In this document: positions 33,958 through 42,189 of the stretch, in pieces
How positions within the stretch are numbered: the stretch's first letter is position 1
How the letters are laid out: every line of letters starts with the position of its first letter
Assembly (NCBI GenBank): GCA_965263355.1
Contig: CBDHHL010000056.1
Span: 1,152,001 to 1,216,000, forward strand
Direction: 5' to 3'
Source of the DNA: Leptolyngbyaceae cyanobacterium
Lineage (GTDB): Bacteria > Cyanobacteriota > Cyanobacteriia > Phormidesmidales > Phormidesmidaceae
Length of the DNA: 64,000 nt
Position numbers and translations under genes: made by a program
Notes under the pieces: model-generated
What the model was told of the DNA's origin: nothing
Database searches by the model: none
Seen by the model: the letters and a program-made list of their open reading frames with translations, nothing else

Positions 33958-34336
33958 TTTCTGAATGCTCTTACTAGTTTGGACTAAACTGAGAAAATTT
34001 AAGACCTAGACCATCTTTTTTGCACCGTAGGCATCGTCAAGCTCTCACTTGAGCACAATTTCTTATCAACTAATCTTGCGCTCTTCATTGTTCATATACT
34101 GATTTGATTGCTTGGCTTTGCCTACACTGTAATGGTGTGGGTGAATCTACGGTGTTCAGTTTGCATCCAAAACTAGCGTCAATTAAAGTCAGGGGTGTTG
34201 TACCTTTCTGCAACGCCTGCCGAAGCTATAGACATACTACACATAGCGCTTATCAGTAGCATGCAGTTACTCCAAAGAACTGATTAGGGAATTAAGCTCT
34301 CAACCACTTTAAAAAGGAGGGATAATTCGCAAAAGA

Positions 34337-34726
34337 TTATTCCATAATCGGACTACCGTGATGATGCACCAAATACCACTTCCCACCCATACGCTCAAAC
34401 ATATTTGTTGCCATCGATTTCGCTTCTAATCGTCGGCTCCCCGCCACTTGCATCACATTCTCTACCAAAACCACATAAGCCAAGTCACCAGAGACTTCCA
34501 CCGAAATTACATCCAGGTCAATTTCAAGATAGCGAGTCGCCTTAAAGATTTGCACCCAGGATTTGCGAATATCTGTCCAACCTTTAATCGCCTTCCGGCC
34601 TGGATGAACACAAAGGCTGCCAATACCTTTAGAACAAACTGCCTCCATCGCGTCGATGTCCTTTTTCTCAAAGGCTCGATAAAACGATTGATTTGTTTCT
34701 AGGACAGCAGTTTGCTCGTTGGACAT
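34337..34726 (-). CDS. NTF2/SnoaL-like family protein
   Basis: NQSFYRAFE, CVHPG...GW, ATNMFER and WYLVHHHGS motifs. Confidence 0.85.
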   Translation of the reverse strand: MSNEQTAVLETNQSFYRAFEKKDIDAMEAVCSKGIGSLCVHPGRKAIKGWTDIRKSWVQIFKATRYLEIDLDVISVEVSGDLAYVVLVENVMQVAGSRRLEAKSMATNMFERMGGKWYLVHHHGSPIME

Positions 34727-34771
34727 AGGGGTATGTAACTTAAAGATACTTAAATTCTAATGCAATATGGT

Positions 34772-36820
34772 TTAACAAGGTTGACTCATCACTAATCGAC
34801 CGTCTACAGTTCTATAAATTCCTGACGGTTCGATAAGCCCATGGTCAAATTGTTCTGGATCATCTTGGGAAGGGTTCAGTGGCTGAACAGAACTAATAGA
34901 GTAAACGCTAGCTGTATTATTCGGTGTTTCAGCAAGACTGTTCCTAGCTATCGTAAAGGTGCCATTCACAGTTTGACTACGTTCAACACAACTGTTGGAG
35001 ATTAACGTATCTGAATTGATAAATTGTTCTGGAAGCGTTGTTAGGTTGTTCTGAATAAAATTGGTATCTAATGAATTAATAGTAACGATGCCGCTAACCC
35101 CTGTTTGAGAACTTGCAGTAATATCGCTTAGAGATGTCAGTTGTGGCCGGGGCTCAATCCCAAAGACGCCTTGGGCAATGATATTAACCTGACCACCAGA
35201 ACCTGCAAAGGCATTGGCTGTAATGTCACTATTTTCGGTGGGTATAGCAACGATAAAGGGTGTGGTAATGGTGATGTTGCCGCCATCACCACCAAGACCA
35301 GCATTACCTGCAGTGGCGATAATATTGCTGCGATCGCGAAGTAAAAGCAAACGGTCAATTGTCAGGAAAATATCACCACCATCAACAGTGGTCGTGGCAG
35401 TGCTTAGAAAGCTTTCATTTTCTAAGAAAAGTCGATCAGTTGAAACTACAAGATTCCCAGCAGGGCTATCAGAGAGAGATTCAGAAAAAAAATCACTTTG
35501 GTTTAGCCTTACATAGTCAGTTGCTTGAATATTTATGTTTCCCGCTGGTCCCTCACCAAATGAGCTATTACTAATGACTGCGCCATTAGTTAATGTCAAC
35601 CTATCTGTTAGTATTTCGACATTACCGCCTTCACCCTTAGCATTATCACCCACGAAACTTAAAACTGAGCTAGGGAATCTGATGCCGTTAATCCGTCTTT
35701 CCCCATCAAGCATAAAATCCGATACATTGATGGTAATATTGCCAGCGTCTCCCACCCCTTCAGTGAGAGCACTAATCTGACCTACATTGATTATCTCAAG
35801 GCTAGTAGTAACAATCTCAATATCCCCTCCATCCCCGATACCGCTAGCTTCTACCTCACTGGAAATAATGCTGCTTTCTAATTTGTTACCGCTAATAACA
35901 ATACGCTCTCGAATGTTTAGCTTAATATCACCAGCATCACCAATACCAGCAGTGTCAGTAATCACCCCACTAGTCTCCAAAAGCTCAAGGGCATTGGCAG
36001 AAATGGTAATATTTCCACCGCCGTTCTTTATACTACTTGGGCCTGTGTCAGTACCTACAGATCCATTGATCAGACGTATCCGACCTTGAGCGTTAATCTC
36101 AATATCACCTGACGAACCGTTTCCTAACATCCCACCTAACAAGAATCCATTTCTGATATCTATATTGTTGGCAGATATGCTGATATCTCCAGATTCACCA
36201 ATTCCCTCAATACCTATAGCCGTCTGTATTACAGTGGGAAAGCGATCATCTAAGTCAGAATCAACAATCGTTAATTGATCGTTTACAAAACTGCTAAAGA
36301 AAAATGCCGATGGATTTACAGCAAGTAAGCTATCAGCAGTTGGCGTTGTCGCACTAAACTGACCAGCTTCCCCTAACTGTATACCTGCAGCTGTAGTGAC
36401 AATAAATGAGCCCTGAACAGACAGACTAGCCTCTGGACCAAACACGACACCGTTGGGATTAATCAAAAATAGATCTGCATCGGAACCAAAGGTGCCCAGC
36501 ACACCATCAATTTTTGAAGGGCTGTTTCCGGTAACGCGACTGAAGATGTGTTCAACACTATCGGGACCAAAGAAAAAGACACGTTTCCCAGGGGCGATAC
36601 TAAACGACTCAAAACTGTGGAATAGGTTTTGCTCTACTGTAATGCCCCCATCAATGATGGAAGTGTCTGGGTCAAAGGGAGTGATTTCAGTACCGACGGT
36701 ATTATCAGGAATGGGTTGCCCGTTGGCAGAACCACTCCAAAAGACCAACGCAGCTAAGGGTGTAAGCACTGAGGCAACACTAAAAAATACAGGGGCACAA
36801 CAACAGCGTTTTATACGCAT
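34772..36820 (-). CDS. Filamentous-haemagglutinin N-terminal (TPS) domain protein, TpsA
   Basis: Signal peptide, IPDNTVG, NLFHSFESFSI, SRVTG, LFLINPNGVVFG, G-x-G-G-D-I beta-helix repeats, ENSDITANAF, C-terminal Cys. Confidence 0.9.
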   Translation of the reverse strand: MRIKRCCCAPVFFSVASVLTPLAALVFWSGSANGQPIPDNTVGTEITPFDPDTSIIDGGITVEQNLFHSFESFSIAPGKRVFFFGPDSVEHIFSRVTGNSPSKIDGVLGTFGSDADLFLINPNGVVFGPEASLSVQGSFIVTTAAGIQLGEAGQFSATTPTADSLLAVNPSAFFFSSFVNDQLTIVDSDLDDRFPTVIQTAIGIEGIGESGDISISANNIDIRNGFLLGGMLGNGSSGDIEINAQGRIRLINGSVGTDTGPSSIKNGGGNITISANALELLETSGVITDTAGIGDAGDIKLNIRERIVISGNKLESSIISSEVEASGIGDGGDIEIVTTSLEIINVGQISALTEGVGDAGNITINVSDFMLDGERRINGIRFPSSVLSFVGDNAKGEGGNVEILTDRLTLTNGAVISNSSFGEGPAGNINIQATDYVRLNQSDFFSESLSDSPAGNLVVSTDRLFLENESFLSTATTTVDGGDIFLTIDRLLLLRDRSNIIATAGNAGLGGDGGNITITTPFIVAIPTENSDITANAFAGSGGQVNIIAQGVFGIEPRPQLTSLSDITASSQTGVSGIVTINSLDTNFIQNNLTTLPEQFINSDTLISNSCVERSQTVNGTFTIARNSLAETPNNTASVYSISSVQPLNPSQDDPEQFDHGLIEPSGIYRTVDGRLVMSQPC

Positions 36821-37447
36821 AAATCAGTTCAGAAGACCATCGCATCCAGGCAACATAATGTCCCATACAATAGCATCATATTCCCGCTCGATAACACAGG
36901 CACAGCTATCGTCACCATTGTTGTATGTTGGTGGGAAATTCCTGTCCCGTGAGACTTGCCACCACAAAATCAAAAACTTTCCGTTCATCTTCTACCAAAA
37001 GAACTGTCATGGTTCTGTCGCTGGAGGTGTTCTCAAATCGGTTAGCTCATTAGGACTACCTACTTATCCAGTCACATCGACTTCTGAAATTCTAGGTGAA
37101 TTTATGCAGACTTCATAGCAAATTACAAATTTGTCATCTGGCAAAACGTTCTTCTGTAATTTTTAGCGCTGTGAATGGGGACATGGTTAGCGAATCACGA
37201 ACCCTAATACGGATAACTAACTATGCAACGGCTGCAGCAAAACCGTTCTACAACTTTCGAGCCAGAAACTCAGTCGAGTAAGGATATTAATGGTTCGCAA
37301 ACAAATTGCATCCTTAGAATACAATTTGTAGCATCGTCAGTTAATGAGCCATTCTATGATGCCGTCTGGCCGAAGGGATGATGGTTTGTAGGCAATCGCC
37401 TTTCCAATTCATCCTTCTACTGTTGCCGTTTCCCCAAAAAAAGCTTC

Positions 37448-37705
37448 ATGTTTCTGCCCTTGATACCCGTTCTTGTGGCCCAAGTTACACCTGATCAGTC
37501 TCTTGGTATAGAGCAGTCGATTGTGATTCAGGATGTAGACTTAGGAACAGCCTCACTTACCCTACAAGAGCGTCAAAACTTCTTAAAACAGCCCTTAGAG
37601 GAACGTCAACAACTCTTAGCGCAGCAAGCCGAAGCAATGGCAGATCACTATACCCAAAATACTGCATGGCAAGAACTAAGTACAGGTGACATCGCTGAGT
37701 ACTAG
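37448..37705 (+). CDS. Putative antitoxin of the downstream PemK/MazF toxin (chimeric N-terminus)
   Basis: Small gene overlapping the toxin start; C-terminal FLKQPLEERQQLLAQQAEAMADHY...WQEL resembles cyanobacterial PemK-associated partners (from memory). Confidence 0.6.
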   Translation: MFLPLIPVLVAQVTPDQSLGIEQSIVIQDVDLGTASLTLQERQNFLKQPLEERQQLLAQQAEAMADHYTQNTAWQELSTGDIAEY

Positions 37706-38054
37706 TACATCAAAGCGTGGTGAGATCTGGCTAGTTAACTTTGCCCCTACCTTGGGGTCAGAAATCAAAAAGACACGACCTGCTGTTGTCATCAGCTCAG
37801 ATGCCGTTGGAAGGTTACCCGTTAAGTTGGTAGCTCCAATCACAAATTGGCAACCTTACTTTGCCCGTAATCTCTGGCATGTCAAGATCAACCCCGATAG
37901 TGTTAATGGCTTGACTAAACCTTCAGCGGTTGACACTCTTCAGATAAGAGGAGTTGACCTGCACAGGTTTATTCGAGGCTTGGGAACATTGCCAAAACTG
38001 ACAATGGATGAAATTAACTTGGCAGTGATAACCGTCATTGAAGCAAATTTCTGA
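37686..38054 (+). CDS. PemK/MazF family type II toxin
   Basis: RGEIWLVNF.PTLGSEIKKTRPAVVIS, VAPIT and S....QIRGVD motifs. Confidence 0.9.
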   Translation: MTSLSTSTSKRGEIWLVNFAPTLGSEIKKTRPAVVISSDAVGRLPVKLVAPITNWQPYFARNLWHVKINPDSVNGLTKPSAVDTLQIRGVDLHRFIRGLGTLPKLTMDEINLAVITVIEANF

Positions 38055-38126
38055 AGGAGTAGAGGTTGCTGCCGAAGTCTACCAACCCATGGCAAGATCA
38101 AACCGACCTACTTATTTGCCTGCCCC

Positions 38127-39086
38127 GTGAAATTTGCATTTATCATTGACCCCATTGCCAAGCTAGACCCTGGCCACGATAGTAGTGTCGCCATGATGGA
38201 AGCCGCCCAGGAACTGGGGCATCAAGTGTATATTACTCAAGCTCAGCACATGGGTGTGGTTTCTGGCCAAGCTATGGCCTATCTTACCCCTGTTACCCTG
38301 GTGCCCGTTACCTTGGGAGATAACCGCTGGGATGCAGTAGCCGACTGGTACACCCTGGGCGATACCCAATGGCAGCCCCTGGAAACCATGGATGCTGTCT
38401 TTATGCGCACTGACCCGCCGGTCACCGTGCCCTATCTCTACGCTACCTATATCCTCGACTACATTGATCCAACGAAGACTAAAGTCATCAATTCGCCCCA
38501 AGGTATTCGGACAGCTAATGAGAAAATGTATGCCCTACAGTTTACGGGGGCAATTCCAGAGACCATCGTCAGCCAAGATAAGACAGTAATTCGTGAGACG
38601 GTGGAAAAATGGGGAGGAGAAGCTGTACTGAAACCCCTGGGTGGAAAAGCTGGTGAAGGGATTTTATTTTTGAGTAGTCAGGACCGAAATTTTAACTCGA
38701 TGATTGAAATCAGCACCAAACAGGGCCAAGAACCCGTCATGGTGCAAACCTATTTGCCCGCTGCCAAAGACGGCGATAAGCGCATTATTCTACTTAATGG
38801 TGAACCTTTAGGCGCTGTTAATCGGATTCCTACCGGTAAAGAATTTCGGGGCAATATGGCCGTGGGTGGACGCACAGCAAAGGTGGATATTACCGAGCGA
38901 GAGCTGGAAATCTGCAAACAGCTAGCACCCACACTGCAGCGTGATGGCCTATATTTTGTCGGCATTGACATTATCGGCGGCTATCTGACCGAGGTAAACG
39001 TCACCAGTCCCACCGGAATTCGCGAAATTGATCGGCTGAATATAGTTAAACTGGGTCACCAAGTCATAGAATGGCTGACCAGATAA
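38127..39086 (+). CDS. gshB: Glutathione synthetase
   Basis: FMRTDPP, ANEKM, LKPLGGKAGEGI, GDKRI, RGNMAVGG and EVNVTSPTG motifs. Confidence 0.96.
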   Translation: MKFAFIIDPIAKLDPGHDSSVAMMEAAQELGHQVYITQAQHMGVVSGQAMAYLTPVTLVPVTLGDNRWDAVADWYTLGDTQWQPLETMDAVFMRTDPPVTVPYLYATYILDYIDPTKTKVINSPQGIRTANEKMYALQFTGAIPETIVSQDKTVIRETVEKWGGEAVLKPLGGKAGEGILFLSSQDRNFNSMIEISTKQGQEPVMVQTYLPAAKDGDKRIILLNGEPLGAVNRIPTGKEFRGNMAVGGRTAKVDITERELEICKQLAPTLQRDGLYFVGIDIIGGYLTEVNVTSPTGIREIDRLNIVKLGHQVIEWLTR

Positions 39087-39120
39087 AGGGTATCAACTTT
39101 AACTCGGAAATCTTGGCCAG

Positions 39121-39184
39121 GTCAGAAGTCAGAAGTTGGAAGTCGGAAGTGAGCCGCACTCCAAACGCCACAGTCCGACTTCTG
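39121..39184. repeat. STRR-like heptamer repeats
   Basis: gtcagaa-gtcagaa-gttggaa-gtcggaa with an inverted partner tccgacttctg. Confidence 0.6.
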
Positions 39185-39291
39185 TGTTAAGGAAATCCTC
39201 CTGCGTTAGATTGATATTTACCAAAGACTAAATATCTGCCCGTCGAAGCTCCCCATTTACCCCCTTGCCCATCCTAGCTAAGGCATCTGTA

Positions 39292-40341
39292 ATGACTAGA
39301 TTTAATCGCCGTCGCTTTATCCAGTACAGTTCATTAGCAGCTGGTACAGGACTTATTGCGGCCTGCGGTAACCCAGCAACCAATACAGCTACCGACACTA
39401 GTACTGAGCCATCGGCAGAGCTGCAGAAACTTACCTTTGGCACTAACTGGTATGCCCAGGCTGAACATGGTGGTTTTTACCAGGCTGTAGTAGCAGGCAT
39501 CTATAAAGAGTATGGCCTGGATGTAACTATTCAGATGGGAGGCCCCCAAGTCAATGGCACTCAGCTACTTATGGGTGGGGCGGTCGACTTTTTTATGGGC
39601 TATGCTTCAGATGCGATTAAAGCGGTTGAAGAAGAAATTCCCAAAGTTACGGTTGCAGCTATTTTCCAAAAAGATCCCCAAATTATTACGGCCCACCCTG
39701 ACCAGGGAATTAAAGACCTTGCTGACCTTAAGGGCAAACCTATCTTTATTTCCAAAGCAGCTAACGTCACCTACTGGCCATTTTTGGCGGCAAAATATGG
39801 CTTCACCGATGATATGAAGCGTAATTACAATTTTAACCCTGGTCCATTCTTGGCCGATAAGACCTCGGCCCAGCAGGGGTACCTAAGTTCTGAGCCATTA
39901 GCTATCTCCAAAGCAGGTGGTTTTGAACCTGTTGTCTTCCTGCTGGCTGACTATGGTTATACGCCTTATGCAACAACAATTGAAACCCGTCAAGAGATTG
40001 TTGATAGCGATCCTGACTTGGTACAGCGTTTTGTCGATGCTTCGATTAAGGGCTGGTATAGCTACTTTGATGAGCCGTCATTAGGTAACGAGCTAATCAA
40101 GCAAGATAACCCTGAAATGAGCGATGAGCAGTTAGCTTACAGCCTTGAAAAAATACAGGAATATGGCATTGCCATATCGGGAGATGCTGAATCTAAGGGG
40201 ATTGGAGCTATGACCGATGACCGCTGGAAAGCATTCTTTGAAGATATGTCTGCAGCAGGTATTTTTAGTGCCGCGACCGACTACACTCAGGCATATACTC
40301 TGGACTTTGTTAACAAAGGTGTAAACTTCTACAAAAGCTAA
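39292..40341 (+). CDS. ABC transporter substrate-binding protein, NMT1/THI5-like, with Tat/lipoprotein signal
   Basis: NRRRFI Tat motif, IAAC lipobox, TNWYAQAEHGGFYQA, GLDVTI. Confidence 0.88.
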   Translation: MTRFNRRRFIQYSSLAAGTGLIAACGNPATNTATDTSTEPSAELQKLTFGTNWYAQAEHGGFYQAVVAGIYKEYGLDVTIQMGGPQVNGTQLLMGGAVDFFMGYASDAIKAVEEEIPKVTVAAIFQKDPQIITAHPDQGIKDLADLKGKPIFISKAANVTYWPFLAAKYGFTDDMKRNYNFNPGPFLADKTSAQQGYLSSEPLAISKAGGFEPVVFLLADYGYTPYATTIETRQEIVDSDPDLVQRFVDASIKGWYSYFDEPSLGNELIKQDNPEMSDEQLAYSLEKIQEYGIAISGDAESKGIGAMTDDRWKAFFEDMSAAGIFSAATDYTQAYTLDFVNKGVNFYKS

Positions 40342-40450
40342 TGCTCCCTGAGCTTGCGACTTCCTGCCCTAATCCAAATTTTTAGCTTTGACACTGCATT
40401 AATCATAACTGTTGAAATAATAATCTCTCTACATTATTTTTTGTTGTCTT

Positions 40451-40495
40451 ATTCCTATATATAAGAATTTTGCTAAGATTGTTATATATAGGAAT
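40451..40495. terminator. AT-rich inverted repeat between convergent genes
   Basis: attcctatatataa (17-nt loop) ttatatataggaat. Confidence 0.45.
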
Positions 40496-40497
40496 TT

Positions 40498-41502
40498 TTA
40501 TGAAATATGCAAGGCTGCATGGGGCAAGTCTTCCATATCAATTGCTAAAAATCGATCCAATGCTAAATACATCCAGTAAACGGCAGCCTGGTTATCTAAA
40601 CCTGTTTTTTGGAAACCAAGGGCTGTAGCCAACGGTTCATAATGGCGATGAATAATCAGCGTATGGAGATCACACAGATTAGGAAAGTCTTTCTGCATAG
40701 CTTTCAATATGGTCTGGGTATCCTGCAACAAAATTAACGCCTGATGTTCATACTCAGGTGAAATATTCCAGCTCCGGATAAAGATGGAGCGACAGGTTTC
40801 ATCCCCTGGTTTAGCAAGGGTAAACGGATCATCATCAGAAATGCCGCTAAGATGTAGACCCTTGTTAGGAGAACCGAAGAAGTGAATCTCAGAATCACGG
40901 GTGGTGGGGTAAAGCAGATAAAAACCTACGGGATTTAGATTATCACTGCGCCGTAGCACGCGCATGCCCCGGTTATAACCTTCTGCCCACTGTCGCAACA
41001 GTTCGGTAATGCGATAGGGAACAGCGGTGTTGCTGTTGTGCATCCAGTTATAGCGGCTAGCCAGCAGGTTAGCAACAGGAATCGCATCGCAGCGTGGATC
41101 AAACTGGTCAGTGATGATATTGACTGGTTTGGGTTTAGATTGGTGGAGTTCCGGGGGTTGGGGGATTGCGATCGCAATCGTATTACCATCAAACTGCTTT
41201 TGAATTAATCCTAAGGCCATCAGCTTATCCAGCATCATCCCAGCCGACCGCTCACTCCCCCGATCAGACTCGGCATAAAACAGGGCTGCCGCCTCACGAC
41301 AGGTACAATCCACCCAGGCATCAATGGGCTTTAACTGCTGTAGAGGTTTAGGTAGATCCGTCTGCTTTAGTTGCAGGTAAGCCCACAGACGAACAAAACA
41401 ATCTGCCCGCCGTCGGGTCAGGCCCACACGACCCAGCAGATGTTGAACATACTGCTGCTGCTGCGACTTTGAAAAAAATTGATTCAGAGACTCCGGCGTC
41501 AT
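40498..41502 (-). CDS. Conserved cyanobacterial hypothetical protein (possible N-terminal winged helix and C-terminal GNAT-like fold)
   Basis: 334-aa ORF with GLTRRRADCFVRLWAYL and PVGFYLLYP...LGFQK; fold assignment is inference. Confidence 0.7.
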   Translation of the reverse strand: MTPESLNQFFSKSQQQQYVQHLLGRVGLTRRRADCFVRLWAYLQLKQTDLPKPLQQLKPIDAWVDCTCREAAALFYAESDRGSERSAGMMLDKLMALGLIQKQFDGNTIAIAIPQPPELHQSKPKPVNIITDQFDPRCDAIPVANLLASRYNWMHNSNTAVPYRITELLRQWAEGYNRGMRVLRRSDNLNPVGFYLLYPTTRDSEIHFFGSPNKGLHLSGISDDDPFTLAKPGDETCRSIFIRSWNISPEYEHQALILLQDTQTILKAMQKDFPNLCDLHTLIIHRHYEPLATALGFQKTGLDNQAAVYWMYLALDRFLAIDMEDLPHAALHIS

Positions 41503-41648
41503 CTTAATTTACGACAGCTATGCTGTTAGGATTTTAAGCTGTTTAAATGGGTTGATATAGAATTGGTATGACAGTTATTGTGCCAATTGTCTTGAGCCAT
41601 GGTCCCAGGCTACCTGGTAAAGTAACGTTCGTACTGCTTGCCTCCTCT

Positions 41649-42152
41649 ATGACTGTTATTGCTGCCCGTAAAACTAAAGAAACTATTACCTTTGCGTCTG
41701 ATTCCATTTTGGTAGCTGGCTTCCTTAAGGCTAGCGATAAGGAAGTCATTTACAACAAGCTATTTCAGCAAAATGAAATGGTTATCGGTAGTACTGGCAC
41801 CGGTTACGAAGGCACCATGATGGAATTGTTCAGCCGTAATCATCGCCCCGTCGATAGTAGTCGCCTATCAGTGATCGACTTTTTTGTCGAATTCCGTGAA
41901 TGGATCAACAAGCGCGATTCTGGCCATTCCCCAGAAAATGAATATTTGATTGCCTACGATAAAAAATTATTTCGTACCTATGGTGGACTGGACATTTACG
42001 AAGTCCCCGAATTTGAAGCCGTTGGTGCTGGCGAAAATTTTGCTAAAGCAGCGCTACATCTTGGCCATTCCCCCCGTGAAGCCGTCGAAGTCGCCTGTAA
42101 GCTATCCATTTATTGCAGTGAACCCATCTCTGAGATTACGGTGGAGATTTAG
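41649..42152 (+). CDS. Proteasome beta-subunit/HslV-like N-terminal-nucleophile hydrolase
   Basis: Met-Thr start (MTVIAARK), ASDS, KLF and AVGAGENFAKAAL...AVEVACKLSIYC; the ATG at 41649 puts Thr at position 1 after Met removal. Confidence 0.72.
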   Translation: MTVIAARKTKETITFASDSILVAGFLKASDKEVIYNKLFQQNEMVIGSTGTGYEGTMMELFSRNHRPVDSSRLSVIDFFVEFREWINKRDSGHSPENEYLIAYDKKLFRTYGGLDIYEVPEFEAVGAGENFAKAALHLGHSPREAVEVACKLSIYCSEPISEITVEI

Positions 42153-42189
42153 CAGAATGGGCATTGCCCACTGCCTAAAATAGAGGCCC

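Noticed and set aside
36453..37118. 221-aa plus-strand ORF
   Set aside because: Mostly antisense shadow of tpsA, with no domain features
41568..41648. Longer start for the Ntn-hydrolase ORF, as a possible propeptide
   Set aside because: ATG 41649 directly exposes Thr1 and there is no Gly-Thr autocleavage junction; not fully excluded
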